From Gammaproteobacteria bacterium (GTDB taxonomy: Bacteria > Pseudomonadota > Gammaproteobacteria > JBCCGL01), in assembly GCA_965277715.1 (NCBI GenBank), contig OZ255836.1, positions 736,001 through 800,000 of the forward strand: 64,000 nucleotides of DNA, in the 5' to 3' direction. The position numbers and the translations under genes are program-made. Shown one piece after another: positions 20,479-33,072 of the stretch; within the stretch, counting starts at the first letter, position 1; every line of letters begins with the position of its first letter. The notes under the pieces were generated by a model, which was not told the origin of the DNA, made no database searches, and saw only the letters and a program-made list of their open reading frames with translations.

Positions 20479-21033
20479 CTATGTGTCAAAACGCGGTGTT
20501 AATGTGGCCAGAAAATGGCCCAGGTCGTTAGCAATAATGCGCTCGACTTTACTCCCGGCCTGTTCCAGTACAACCTCACCTGATTGATTGTCGATGGCCA
20601 GGCAATATTCACTTTCAGGTAGGGTAGTGGCAAAAAATACGGTGAAAGGGAGTTTTTGTTTGCGTTGCTGTAGAGCATGACCAATGATATTGCGCTGCAA
20701 ATTGTCATAATCATCCAGGTTCCAGATGCCGATTAAATTGAGGTCACCGTCAGATGATGTCGCTCCCAGTGTTGGAAACCAAAACTGACCGTAGTAAGTT
20801 TTAATATCGGGGTGCAGGGTGACTTCCAGTGCGCGTTCAAGCCCGTCAAATGATGTATGACTCTGGGGGGTTATCTGCCAGGTGATCTGGCCCTGATCAT
20901 CTGCTGTGCCGGTTTCACAGAGCGAGCGCCAATCTGGATCATAGTCAACGCGCGCAGGCGAATTGAAGCGGTTGATATGGTGTTGCTGGTAGTCGTGAAG
21001 AAATTGTTTAAGTGAGGTAGCCGTCGTAGTCAC
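20479..21033 (-). CDS. syd: SecY-interacting protein Syd
   Basis: YDPDWRSLCE, LERALEVTLHPDIK.YYG, WN.DD...LQ.NIIGH, TVFFA, DN.SGEVVLE, FL..LTP. Confidence 0.88.
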   Translation of the reverse strand: MTTTATSLKQFLHDYQQHHINRFNSPARVDYDPDWRSLCETGTADDQGQITWQITPQSHTSFDGLERALEVTLHPDIKTYYGQFWFPTLGATSSDGDLNLIGIWNLDDYDNLQRNIIGHALQQRKQKLPFTVFFATTLPESEYCLAIDNQSGEVVLEQAGSKVERIIANDLGHFLATLTPRFDT

Positions 21034-21081
21034 ATTTTATTCGCGGTGAAAACACAGCGTACAGTTTACATGAAACCAGGA

Positions 21082-22782
21082 CTATTCAGTATCGCCTCTT
21101 AGTGCACGAAATAAACCGATAAGCAGTAATAGCACCGACAGACTGCCGATTGATATTATGCCGCCGCCACCACCGCCACCACTGCTACTACTGTTGCTGC
21201 TACTTGTATTATTGGATGGGCTGGTAGCCGCTGGCTGTGTATCCTGCAGGCGGATAGTAATGTTTGTACTACTGGATGTTGCCATACCATCTGAGACAGT
21301 CACGCCGAGGGTAAATTCTGGTGTTTCGTCAATATCCAGTAGTTGGTTGTTAGCGATGGATAACTCACCTGTTTGTGGGTTAATGTTGATGGCCTGTTGC
21401 AGCGCCCCGCTGTCGATGTTGAATCCACTTAACGGGTCATTATTAAAATCATTTGCCTGCACAATGCCTATTACAGTGCCATTTGAACTGAGGTGATAAA
21501 CATCAAATACCTGGCCGGTAGTAATGATGGGTGCAAAATTCGCCGAATTAATAATAACCTCAGCACTGTCGGCGTTGTTGCTACTGTTGGTATCCAAAGC
21601 GATATTGTTAACATGTGCTGTGAGCACCAGGGGCAGACCATTCGGTGGTGCAGATAAAAATATATCGAGGCTGGTATTGGCACTTCCAGATAACAGATTG
21701 CGTTCGCAGATAACGTACCCGGATATAGGCAGGCAATACCACTGGTCACCATCACCATTTAGATACACACTATCTTCGGGAATAGGCATTATCAGCGTCA
21801 CCTCGCGTGCGCTAACACCCTGTAAATTGGTGATATGTGCCGATAGGGTGATCATTTCACCGGGATTGACCAGTGACGGCGTAACCTGTAAGGCCAATGA
21901 TAAATCAGTGGCATAGAGTAGCTCCAAAGCTTGTGAATCACCACTGCTAAGGCTAATTCGCTGACCGATGATGGCATTGGAAGGGTTGATTGGTGTAATC
22001 GTAGGGCTGCCGTTACTGGAAAAGAAAAACCGACCATAGTGCATGATAGAATCATAATCGTAGTTGCCAATATCGGCTGCATTGGAGAGCTGTTGCTGAA
22101 AATTGATTTCGGCGCCGCTGGTAATATTTTCCCAGTGAACGGTAATATAGCTGTTACGGTCACTGCGTGACTGCTCATGGTAGAGTCCCAACGCGTGGCC
22201 TATTTCGTGAATAATATTGCCTGTCGAACAACTATCGGCAAGCCAGATATTTTGTCGGCCACCCTGTTTACCGATAAATGATGCACACCCTGTCGACGGG
22301 ATAAATTCTATAAAGTCGGGGTATTGTGAGGCGTTAGTAGCTGTTCGCTCAATGAAGGTCATCGAGGTTCTACTCTCGATATGATCGATAGCGGTAGCGA
22401 TGCGTTGAGGGATAGGCCCACCAACAAGGCCGCTGTCGATCTGGTATGGCATGATATTTTCCCGCCATACAGAACCAATACTGGTCACCGCGATAGCCTG
22501 TGCGAAAAGATCCGGGTCGAGGCCATCAAATTGACTATTCAATTGTGCAGCGGTACCCAACACAATATCGCCTTCGACAACTGCCATTTCGTCGACAACA
22601 GTATAAATAACCGATGTTGTTTTACCCGTATTGGCGTGCCTCACCCAACCCTGGTTACTGACACCGGTCCCCCCATTGGCGAATTGCTCTGCGCTGGCAT
22701 CACTCGGCGATTCTGTTGCGTGAGCGCCCGTTATAAAGCAACCCAAAAGTAACGATACAGAAGACCACGCAAATTTGCGCAT
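21082..22782 (-). CDS. Secreted astacin-family (M12A) zinc metalloprotease with DUF11-like and cadherin-like domains and a GlyGly-CTERM anchor
   Basis: Signal peptide MRKFAWSSVSLLLGCFITGAHA; propeptide VEGDI; HEIGHALGLYHEQSRSDR; SIMHY Met-turn; C-terminal SSSGGGGGGG, hydrophobic helix, then basic residues. Confidence 0.9.
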   Translation of the reverse strand: MRKFAWSSVSLLLGCFITGAHATESPSDASAEQFANGGTGVSNQGWVRHANTGKTTSVIYTVVDEMAVVEGDIVLGTAAQLNSQFDGLDPDLFAQAIAVTSIGSVWRENIMPYQIDSGLVGGPIPQRIATAIDHIESRTSMTFIERTATNASQYPDFIEFIPSTGCASFIGKQGGRQNIWLADSCSTGNIIHEIGHALGLYHEQSRSDRNSYITVHWENITSGAEINFQQQLSNAADIGNYDYDSIMHYGRFFFSSNGSPTITPINPSNAIIGQRISLSSGDSQALELLYATDLSLALQVTPSLVNPGEMITLSAHITNLQGVSAREVTLIMPIPEDSVYLNGDGDQWYCLPISGYVICERNLLSGSANTSLDIFLSAPPNGLPLVLTAHVNNIALDTNSSNNADSAEVIINSANFAPIITTGQVFDVYHLSSNGTVIGIVQANDFNNDPLSGFNIDSGALQQAININPQTGELSIANNQLLDIDETPEFTLGVTVSDGMATSSSTNITIRLQDTQPAATSPSNNTSSSNSSSSGGGGGGGIISIGSLSVLLLLIGLFRALRGDTE

Positions 22783-23073
22783 AAAAAACAACACCATCAA
22801 GTGACTCTTTGTATCTATCGTCCTCTCTGGTATTTTCTTTAGCGTTTAGTACTGATTACGAGCGGATAACTGGTATTGGCCACGCGTAGCACAGCTAAAT
22901 AAATATACAATTTACTTTATATAAACATAGTAATTTTTTGAAAAAATTAAAAATGTAAACATTTGGCAATATAGCCATTTAACAATACAACAAGCGATTA
23001 ATTTTCCCTCTGGCAGGTGAGCTTTTTTACCAGGTATTGTAAGCTGTATACACATCGCCGGATAATTGTACTT

Positions 23074-23715
23074 ATGTGCCAATTTAATCAGCCCCCCCAC
23101 CTTTTGATTGCAGGTGTCGATGAAGCGGGGCGCGGGCCACTCGCGGGGCCAGTAGTGGCGGCGGCGGTGATACTCAACCCGGCTGCGCCGATTGAAGGGC
23201 TTGCCGATTCAAAAAAAATATCAGAAAAACGTCGTAACACATTGAACCAAGTAATAAAGAATCAATCGTCTGCCTGGTCTATCGGCATTGCCAGTGTGGC
23301 TGAAATTGATCAATTGAATATTCTATGGGCTTCCATGTTGGCGATGCAGCGCGCTGTGGCGGGGCTGTCAATACGGGCCGATTGGGTGAAGGTCGATGGT
23401 AACCGTTGCCCGGATATTGATATAGAATGCGAAGCGATTATCGGTGGTGATGCGCGGGTGGCGGAAATCAGCGCTGCGTCCATCGTCGCCAAGGTCGAGC
23501 GCGACAGATTGATGTATCTACTGCACACCGACTATCCCGACTATGGGTTTGATCGGCACAAAGGTTATCCCACACGTGCGCATCGCCAGGCGCTTTATGA
23601 TTTTGGCGTAACCCCTCATCACCGTAGCAGTTTTTCACCGGTCAACCAGATCATCGAGCAATCCACCCCTACACGCCAACAGACAATACCCCAACCGACA
23701 AAGGCCACAGAATAA
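23074..23715 (+). CDS. rnhB: Ribonuclease HII
   Basis: [35 protein letters not shown]; start chosen at ATG 23074 (uncertain). Confidence 0.97.
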   Translation: MCQFNQPPHLLIAGVDEAGRGPLAGPVVAAAVILNPAAPIEGLADSKKISEKRRNTLNQVIKNQSSAWSIGIASVAEIDQLNILWASMLAMQRAVAGLSIRADWVKVDGNRCPDIDIECEAIIGGDARVAEISAASIVAKVERDRLMYLLHTDYPDYGFDRHKGYPTRAHRQALYDFGVTPHHRSSFSPVNQIIEQSTPTRQQTIPQPTKATE

Positions 23716-23719
23716 TACG

Positions 23720-26700
23720 ATGGAAGCACGCTTCGTTCACTTGCATGTACACACAGGCTATTCACTGGTCGACAGTGTGATGCGCATCAAGCCTCTGATG
23801 CAGGCGGTTGCCCGTGACGCCCCCGCCGTGGCGTTGACAGACCTCAGCAATATGTTTGCCATGGTCAAGTTTTACCGTGCGGCAATTGCCGCCGGAGTGA
23901 AACCACTGATTGGCGTCGAAGTATGGGTGGCCGGGGAAGAACCCGCCGCCATACCGGACCGCATGGTGTTGTTATGCCAGAATGATACAGGTTATCGCCA
24001 TGTGACCGAATTGGTTTCACGCAGCTATCAGGAAGGGCAGATCAATGGTCGTGCGGTTGTACAAAAAGCCTGGTTCAGTGGCAAGACCGAGGGCGTGATT
24101 GCACTTTCAGGTGCGCGTTTTGGCGATGTGGGCAAAGCGATTCTCGCCGGTAACCGTGAAGATGCGCTAAAAAGACTGGCCGCCTGGATGGGGCTGTTCC
24201 CGGACCGTTTCTACCTCGAATTGCAGCGCACAGGGCGCGACAGTGAAGAGATGTACCTGCGAGGTGCAATGGCGCTTGGCAATATCATGCAGTGCCCGGT
24301 GGTAGCGACTAACGATGTCCGCTTTATTGAGTCGAGCGATTTTGAGGCACACGAGGCACGCGTCTGTATCCACGAAGGACGTACCCTGACCGACCCCCGC
24401 CGCCCCCACAACTACAGCAATCAACAATACCTGCGTTCCAGCGACGAAATGTTGCAGCTGTTTGCCGATATTCCCGAAGCCCTGCGCAATTCAGTTGAAA
24501 TTGCCAAACGCTGCAACTTGCATATTACTCTGGGAGAATCGGTGTTACCCGATTTCCCCGTGCCCCAGGGTATGACTGAAAGCGATTATTTTCGACAGCA
24601 GGCACAAGCCGGTCTGGAGCAACGTTTGATAGAATTGTTTGATACAAAATCAAATAATTTCAATGAATTAAGAGTTAATTATGATAAAAGACTTGAAGAA
24701 GAGCTTAACGTCATCCTCTCTATGGGGTTCCCCGGCTACTTTCTGATTGTCGCCGATTTTATCGATTGGGCGCGCAACAACGATGTCCCGGTGGGGCCGG
24801 GGCGTGGTTCTGGCGCGGGTTCACTGGTGGCCTACGCCCTGCGCATTACCGACCTGGACCCACTCGAATACGACTTGCTGTTTGAACGCTTTCTCAACCC
24901 TGAGCGCGTTTCCCTGCCAGACTTTGATGTGGATTTCTGCATGGAGGGCCGCGATCGTGTCATCAACTATGTATCAGAGAAATACGGCGTTGAGAGAGTT
25001 TCACAAATTATCACCTACGGCTCGATGGCCGCCAAGGCGGTGGTGCGTGATGTCGGCCGGGCTTTAGGCCACCCTTACGGGTTTGTCGACAGCATTGCCA
25101 AACAAGTGCCCTTTGAACTGGGCATGACATTGGGAAAGGCACTGCGCGAATCTGAAGACCTAAAATCCAGCTACGACACCAATGACGAAGTGCACGCGCT
25201 CATTGACCTTGCGCTGTCGTTGGAAGGCCTGCCGCGCAATGCGGGCAAACACGCGGGTGGCGTGGTGATCGCACCCTCCCGCTTGACCGATTTTGCCCCG
25301 CTCTATTGCGAGGCAGATGGTGCGGGTCTGGTAACGCAATTCGATAAGGACGATGTCGAATCTGTCGGTTTGGTCAAGTTCGATTTTTTGGGGTTGCGCA
25401 CCCTCACCATCATCGATAAAGCGATGAAAACGATTAACGCCGACAAAGCCGCCGGGCACACTATCGACATCAACCGCGTGCCATTAAACGATGCCAAAAC
25501 CTTTGCACTGTTGCAGCGCTACGAAACAACGGCTGTGTTTCAGCTTGAGTCACGCGGCATGAAAGATCTGATAAAACGCCTGCAACCGGATTGCTTTGAA
25601 GACATTATCGCCCTGGTTGCCCTGTTTCGGCCGGGGCCACTGCAATCTGGCATGGTCGATGACTTTATCGTACGCAAGAAAAACGAACGCAAAGGGGATA
25701 CCGGCAAGGTCGATTACCTGCACCCCAGCCTGGAGCAGGTACTCAAGCCCACCTATGGGGTGATTCTGTACCAGGAACAGGTCATGCAGATTGCCCAGGT
25801 ATTATCCGGCTATACCCTCGGCGGTGCCGATATGCTGCGCCGGGCGATGGGCAAGAAAAAGCCGGAAGTGATGGCACAGATGCGCAGCTCATTTGTGGAG
25901 GGTGCGATTGACAATGGCGTCGAGGGTGGCGAAGCGGGGCACATCTTTGACCTGATCGAAAAATTTGCCGGTTATGGCTTTAACAAATCGCACTCGGCCG
26001 CTTACGCCCTGCTGTCTTACCAAACAGCCTGGTTAAAGGCGCACTATCCCGCTGAATTTATGTGCGCGGTACTGTCAGCCGATATGGACAACACCGACAA
26101 AGTGGTGACCTTAATTGACGAGTGCCAGCACATGGGGTTGAGCATTGTACCGCCCGACGTCAACACCTCCGACTTTTCATTTACCGCCGTCAATGCCGAT
26201 ACTGTGCAATATGGCCTCGGTGCGATCAAAGGCATCGGTGAGGCGGCACTGACGCACCTACTCGAAGACCGCAAAGCCAATGGTCACTATCGGGATATGG
26301 ACGATTTTTGTCGGCGTATGGATCTTGGCCGTGTTAACAAACGCGTTATGGAGGCGCTGGTACGCTCGGGTGGTATGGATAGTCTGGGGGCAAATCGGGC
26401 CACTCTGATGAAACGCCTGCCCGATGCATTAAAAGCGGCCGAGCAGTACCACCACAACCAATCGGCAGGGCAGCATGACCTGTTTGGTGGTGCGTCCACA
26501 GATGAGGTCGTTTTTTCCTCGGCAACCGTTTGTGCAGCGGTGCCCGAATGGCAAGAGGCAATGCGCCTGGATGCCGAGCGGGAAACCCTGGGTCTCTACC
26601 TCACCGGGCACCCTATTGAACAGTTTATCGATGAATTATCTGCCTTCACCCACGGGCGGATTAAAGCGCAGTGTGAAAAAATAGACGATTCAGGTAGTCA

Positions 26701-27247
26701 CTCAGGCAGCCACTCAGGCAATAAGCGCCGTAAACGCGATACCGAGACAGTCGTCGCTGGCCTGGTCATTGCCGTGCGCAGCAAAAACCTCAGTGCTGGC
26801 GGCAAAATGGGCTTTGCCACACTGGATGACCGCAGTGGCCGCCTTGATGTTGTGATTGGTTCTGAGCTCTATGAAACCAGTAGCACCCTGCTGGTCAAAG
26901 ATACGGTACTGGTGGTGTGTGGTGATTTAGGGTACGACGACTTCAGCGGTGGCTACCGCGTGCGCGCCAAACAAATAATGGACATCAACGCAGCGCGGCA
27001 GCGCTTTGCCCGGCAACTGGTAGTGAATGTCGAACAGTCGCTATTTGGCAATGGTTTCCTCGATAAATTCCAGGAGACCATTACACCGTATACCGGTGGT
27101 GACTGCGCTATGGTGGTTCACTACACCAACGATACCGCCCGCGTGCCGCTGGCTTTAGGGGATGCCTGGCGTATTAAGCCGTGTGGTGAGTTGCTGGAAA
27201 AAATTGATGCACTGCATACCCGATGCAGTGCCAGGTTGGTGTATTAA
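23720..27247 (+). CDS. dnaE: DNA polymerase III alpha subunit
   Basis: PHP domain FVHLHVH, GRGSGAGS, PDFDVDF, KFDFLGL, YGFNKSH; no intein seen. Confidence 0.99.
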   Translation: MEARFVHLHVHTGYSLVDSVMRIKPLMQAVARDAPAVALTDLSNMFAMVKFYRAAIAAGVKPLIGVEVWVAGEEPAAIPDRMVLLCQNDTGYRHVTELVSRSYQEGQINGRAVVQKAWFSGKTEGVIALSGARFGDVGKAILAGNREDALKRLAAWMGLFPDRFYLELQRTGRDSEEMYLRGAMALGNIMQCPVVATNDVRFIESSDFEAHEARVCIHEGRTLTDPRRPHNYSNQQYLRSSDEMLQLFADIPEALRNSVEIAKRCNLHITLGESVLPDFPVPQGMTESDYFRQQAQAGLEQRLIELFDTKSNNFNELRVNYDKRLEEELNVILSMGFPGYFLIVADFIDWARNNDVPVGPGRGSGAGSLVAYALRITDLDPLEYDLLFERFLNPERVSLPDFDVDFCMEGRDRVINYVSEKYGVERVSQIITYGSMAAKAVVRDVGRALGHPYGFVDSIAKQVPFELGMTLGKALRESEDLKSSYDTNDEVHALIDLALSLEGLPRNAGKHAGGVVIAPSRLTDFAPLYCEADGAGLVTQFDKDDVESVGLVKFDFLGLRTLTIIDKAMKTINADKAAGHTIDINRVPLNDAKTFALLQRYETTAVFQLESRGMKDLIKRLQPDCFEDIIALVALFRPGPLQSGMVDDFIVRKKNERKGDTGKVDYLHPSLEQVLKPTYGVILYQEQVMQIAQVLSGYTLGGADMLRRAMGKKKPEVMAQMRSSFVEGAIDNGVEGGEAGHIFDLIEKFAGYGFNKSHSAAYALLSYQTAWLKAHYPAEFMCAVLSADMDNTDKVVTLIDECQHMGLSIVPPDVNTSDFSFTAVNADTVQYGLGAIKGIGEAALTHLLEDRKANGHYRDMDDFCRRMDLGRVNKRVMEALVRSGGMDSLGANRATLMKRLPDALKAAEQYHHNQSAGQHDLFGGASTDEVVFSSATVCAAVPEWQEAMRLDAERETLGLYLTGHPIEQFIDELSAFTHGRIKAQCEKIDDSGSHSGSHSGNKRRKRDTETVVAGLVIAVRSKNLSAGGKMGFATLDDRSGRLDVVIGSELYETSSTLLVKDTVLVVCGDLGYDDFSGGYRVRAKQIMDINAARQRFARQLVVNVEQSLFGNGFLDKFQETITPYTGGDCAMVVHYTNDTARVPLALGDAWRIKPCGELLEKIDALHTRCSARLVY

Positions 27248-27358
27248 CGCGTCGTTATCCAATATACCGGGGGTTTAGTGGGGCGCTGCAGGAACCTTAA
27301 CAGCAAAACCTCCGTACACCTCTAATCAGCACAAGCACTAAACCCGACAGGCGCTTGT

Positions 27359-27410
27359 TTGACAGTGTATATCGATACCAATATAGTAATACCAATGCTT
27401 TATCGATAAA
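27359..27410 (+). promoter_or_regulatory. Sigma70 promoter and two palindromic operators of the toxin-antitoxin operon
   Basis: TTGACA (27359-27364), 17 bp, TATAGT (27382-27387). Palindrome TATCGATA lies in the spacer (27370-27377) and TTTATCGATAAA at 27399-27410. Confidence 0.75.
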
Positions 27411-27417
27411 TATAACT

Positions 27418-27624
27418 ATGGTTGCTGTTACCGTTTCACCTAAATTTCAGGTGGTAATTCCCAAAGAGGTCAGAGAATCCATGGGCATTGTACCTGGACA
27501 AAAGGTGCAGATACTAACCTACAACAACTGTATTGAGCTTATACCCATCAAACCGATGGGCAAAATGAGGGGCTTCTTAAGAGGCATCGATGTCGTTATA
27601 GAACGAGACGATGACCGCTTGTGA
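27418..27624 (+). CDS. AbrB/MazE/SpoVT-type antitoxin (VapB-like)
   Basis: MVAVTVSPKFQVVIPKEVRESMGI.PG AbrB fold; overlaps the toxin start (GTGA). Confidence 0.88.
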   Translation: MVAVTVSPKFQVVIPKEVRESMGIVPGQKVQILTYNNCIELIPIKPMGKMRGFLRGIDVVIERDDDRL

Positions 27625-27998
27625 ATGTAGTGGACTCTTCAGCCTGGCTATCTTATTTTGCCGATGATGCCAACGCCGGTATTTTTTCTAATCCTATTGA
27701 AGAGACAGGTAAATTAATTGTCCCCAGCATTACCCTTGTTGAAGTATTTAAATGCCTTTTGCGCCAATCCGAAAAAATGCTTGCTCTGGAAGCTATCGCT
27801 CACATGCAGCAGGGCAGGGTGATCGCGTTAGATGACATTCTGGCAGTTAAGGCGGCACACTATGGTATTGAGTACAAATTGCCTTTGGCAGACAGCATTA
27901 TCTATGCAACAGGGCGTGAGTTTGGCGCATTAATATGGACGCAGGATGCGGATTTTGAACAACTGGAGGGTGTTAGGTACTATAAAAAAAATCCATAG
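27621..27998 (+). CDS. vapC: PIN-domain toxin VapC
   Basis: VVDSSAW, ..[18 protein letters not shown] acidic PIN residues. Confidence 0.9.
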   Translation: MNVVDSSAWLSYFADDANAGIFSNPIEETGKLIVPSITLVEVFKCLLRQSEKMLALEAIAHMQQGRVIALDDILAVKAAHYGIEYKLPLADSIIYATGREFGALIWTQDADFEQLEGVRYYKKNP

Positions 27999-28102
27999 AC
28001 CCGCTTAACAAAGCGCTATCACCACCCTTGTCCCTGCAAAATGTACTATCAGACACCCCCGCAGTGTATCATTGCCACCAAGTCTACTTACAATACTCAA
28101 CC

Positions 28103-29062
28103 ATGAATCCCAATTTCCTCGAATTTGAACAGCCCATCGCCGAACTCCAGGCCAAAATCGAAGCGCTACGCCACGCCAGTGACGACGCCAATATCAATAT
28201 CAATGAGGAAATCGCACGCCTGCAAAGCAAATGCCAATCGCTGACAGACAGCATCTTTGCCGACCTGACCCCCTGGCAAATCTCACAATTGGCACGCCAT
28301 CCACAGCGCCCCTATTCACTCGACTATATCCAACGTATCACCACCGACTTTCAGGTCTTGTGTGGTGATCGTGCCTACGCCGATGACGCCGCGATTGTCG
28401 CCGGGCTGGCGCGTATTGATGGTCGTGCCGTGGCCATCGTCGGTCATCAGAAAGGACGGGATACCAAAGAGAAACTCAAGCGCAACTTTGGTATGCCGCG
28501 CCCGGAAGGCTACCGCAAAGCCTTGCGCATTATGAAAATGGCAGAAAAATTTCATTTGCCGCTGATTACCTTTATCGATACACCGGGCGCCTACCCAGGT
28601 GTCGGTGCAGAAGAGCGTGGCCAGAGCGAGGCGATTGCACGCAATCTATTTGAGATGTCCAGCCTGCGCACGCCGATTATTTGCCTGGTGATTGGCGAGG
28701 GTGGTTCGGGCGGTGCGCTCGCCATCGGCGTCGGTGACCGGGTGATGATGATGGAGTACAGCACCTACTCGGTGATCTCCCCGGAAGGCTGTGCCTCGAT
28801 TTTATGGAAGAGCGCAGAAAAAGCCGCCGATGCCGCCGAGGCAATGGGGATCACCGCCGGTCGGCTGAAACAACTCAACCTGATCGACCATATTATCCCT
28901 GAGCCACTCGGTGGCGCCCACCGTGATATCGATACGGTAGCCGCGTCGATCAAACACGCCCTGCTGGATAACATTGAGCGGCTCAGCGCATTGCCCATTG
29001 ACGAACTGATCGAACAACGCCATAGGCGCCTGTCGTCTTACGGCAATTTCAAATCGACGTAG
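28103..29062 (+). CDS. accA: Acetyl-CoA carboxylase carboxyltransferase alpha subunit
   Basis: [38 protein letters not shown]. Confidence 0.99.
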   Translation: MNPNFLEFEQPIAELQAKIEALRHASDDANININEEIARLQSKCQSLTDSIFADLTPWQISQLARHPQRPYSLDYIQRITTDFQVLCGDRAYADDAAIVAGLARIDGRAVAIVGHQKGRDTKEKLKRNFGMPRPEGYRKALRIMKMAEKFHLPLITFIDTPGAYPGVGAEERGQSEAIARNLFEMSSLRTPIICLVIGEGGSGGALAIGVGDRVMMMEYSTYSVISPEGCASILWKSAEKAADAAEAMGITAGRLKQLNLIDHIIPEPLGGAHRDIDTVAASIKHALLDNIERLSALPIDELIEQRHRRLSSYGNFKST

Positions 29063-29119
29063 CGCCGTGGCGCACCATACATTCGATTAATAAGACATTC
29101 AACGGATTAACCTGGGCCG

Positions 29120-30439
29120 ATGCTGTCGATGGCGGTGTGCAACAAACAGCCTGTTCTCAGTGCTATACAGCAGGCTGTAGAAACATCACCCACGCTAAAA
29201 CGGCTCTGCATCGCTTACAGCGGTGGCGTCGACTCACACGTGCTATTGCATGCAAGCCATGCACTCATACGGGCGGGCACCGTATCAATCCCCCTGCGGG
29301 CTGTGCATATCAACCACCAGCTACAAACGCAAAGCCCTGCCTGGAAACGGCATTGTGCCGCAGTCTGCCAGCAGCTTGGCATCGATTTTACAGGGATTGA
29401 TGTCGATGCATCAGCCAGCACGGGGCAAAGCCCGGAGGAGGCCGCCCGCGAGGCACGCTATGCCGCGATAAACAGGCAACTGTGCGCCGGTGATGCGCTG
29501 TTGACGGCGCACCACCGCAACGACCAGGCTGAAACGGTGTTGTTGCAAATGCTGCGCGGCAGTGGTGTAGCGGGCCTGGCCGCGATGCCGTCACAACAGC
29601 CGAGGGGGGAGGGTGTGCATCTGCGCCCCTTTCTCGATTTGCCACAAACGGTATTGGCAGACTACGCCGACACGCACGGCCTGCAATGGATTGAAGACCC
29701 CAGTAACCAGGCGACACACTACCAGCGTAATTACCTGAGACAGACACTGTGGCCACTGATTACTGCGCGCTGGCCGTCGGCTGATGCAACCCTGGCGAGG
29801 GTCGCCCACCACAGCGCCGAGGCGGCGGGTCTGAACGCAACGCTGGCCAATAAAGATAGCGAACAGGTGATCGATCGAGATCATTGTATCCACTTGGCCA
29901 GTCTTCTACAGCTTGATGCACCACGGCAGAGAAATGTAGTGCGCCACTGGCTGAAGCAGGCCAGTGGGCGCTTTCCATCGCAACGGCTTATGCAGACACT
30001 GCTGACAACCGTTGTCAATGCAAAGGGCGATGCACAACCCGCCGTGCAGCATGACACACTGACGGTTCGGCGCTACCGGGGGCGTTTGTACGCGCTGCCC
30101 TCATTGCCGACCTTGCCCCCCCACTGGTCGCTGGTTTGGCAGAACACACAACAACCGTTGGAAATTCCGGCACTGGGGCTCACATTGCCTGTGTCTTTAT
30201 TGTCGACTAGCGACGATGAATCGCTGCATAAAGGGCGGGTTGAGGTTACATTACGCCGGGGCGGCGAAACCATTTCATTGGCAGGGCGACCGCGCAAATC
30301 GCTAAAAGCCCTGTTGCAGGAAAAGGGCGTACCGCCGTGGCAGCGCAGCCGGTCACCGCTAGTGTATGTGGATGGCGTATTGGTTTGCATTTATATAACG
30401 CCAGATATAATATTTTTTAATAGTAGTGAAAACAAATAG
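29120..30439 (+). CDS. tilS: tRNA(Ile)-lysidine synthetase
   Basis: AYSGGVDS PP-loop, AR..RY, TAHHRNDQAET, DPSN, RN.LR; exact start uncertain. Confidence 0.96.
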   Translation: MLSMAVCNKQPVLSAIQQAVETSPTLKRLCIAYSGGVDSHVLLHASHALIRAGTVSIPLRAVHINHQLQTQSPAWKRHCAAVCQQLGIDFTGIDVDASASTGQSPEEAAREARYAAINRQLCAGDALLTAHHRNDQAETVLLQMLRGSGVAGLAAMPSQQPRGEGVHLRPFLDLPQTVLADYADTHGLQWIEDPSNQATHYQRNYLRQTLWPLITARWPSADATLARVAHHSAEAAGLNATLANKDSEQVIDRDHCIHLASLLQLDAPRQRNVVRHWLKQASGRFPSQRLMQTLLTTVVNAKGDAQPAVQHDTLTVRRYRGRLYALPSLPTLPPHWSLVWQNTQQPLEIPALGLTLPVSLLSTSDDESLHKGRVEVTLRRGGETISLAGRPRKSLKALLQEKGVPPWQRSRSPLVYVDGVLVCIYITPDIIFFNSSENK

Positions 30440-30477
30440 TTAATACTGTTTTAGCGGTTCTGTTACACGCGGCTTTA

Positions 30478-30506
30478 TTGTTCTGGGCGGGACAATTCCG
30501 TATACT
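30478..30506 (+). promoter_or_regulatory. Putative sigma70 promoter of pyrG-kdsA
   Basis: TTGTTC, 17 bp, TATACT, about 100 bp upstream of pyrG. Confidence 0.5.
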
Positions 30507-30571
30507 GTCTAACCGTCTTTTGCGCTCTCCTTTGAGGGTGTTTTAAAGCGTCACAAACGCAGTCGTTTTAA

Positions 30572-33072
<2,501 letters not shown>

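Noticed and set aside
21160-21210. CCG/CCA and CTG/CTA trinucleotide runs; + strand ORF 21158-21496 (PPPPPPPLLLLL)
   Set aside because: Antisense shadow of the Gly/Ser linker of the GlyGly-CTERM. The repeats are imperfect and in frame, so not a phase-variation tract.
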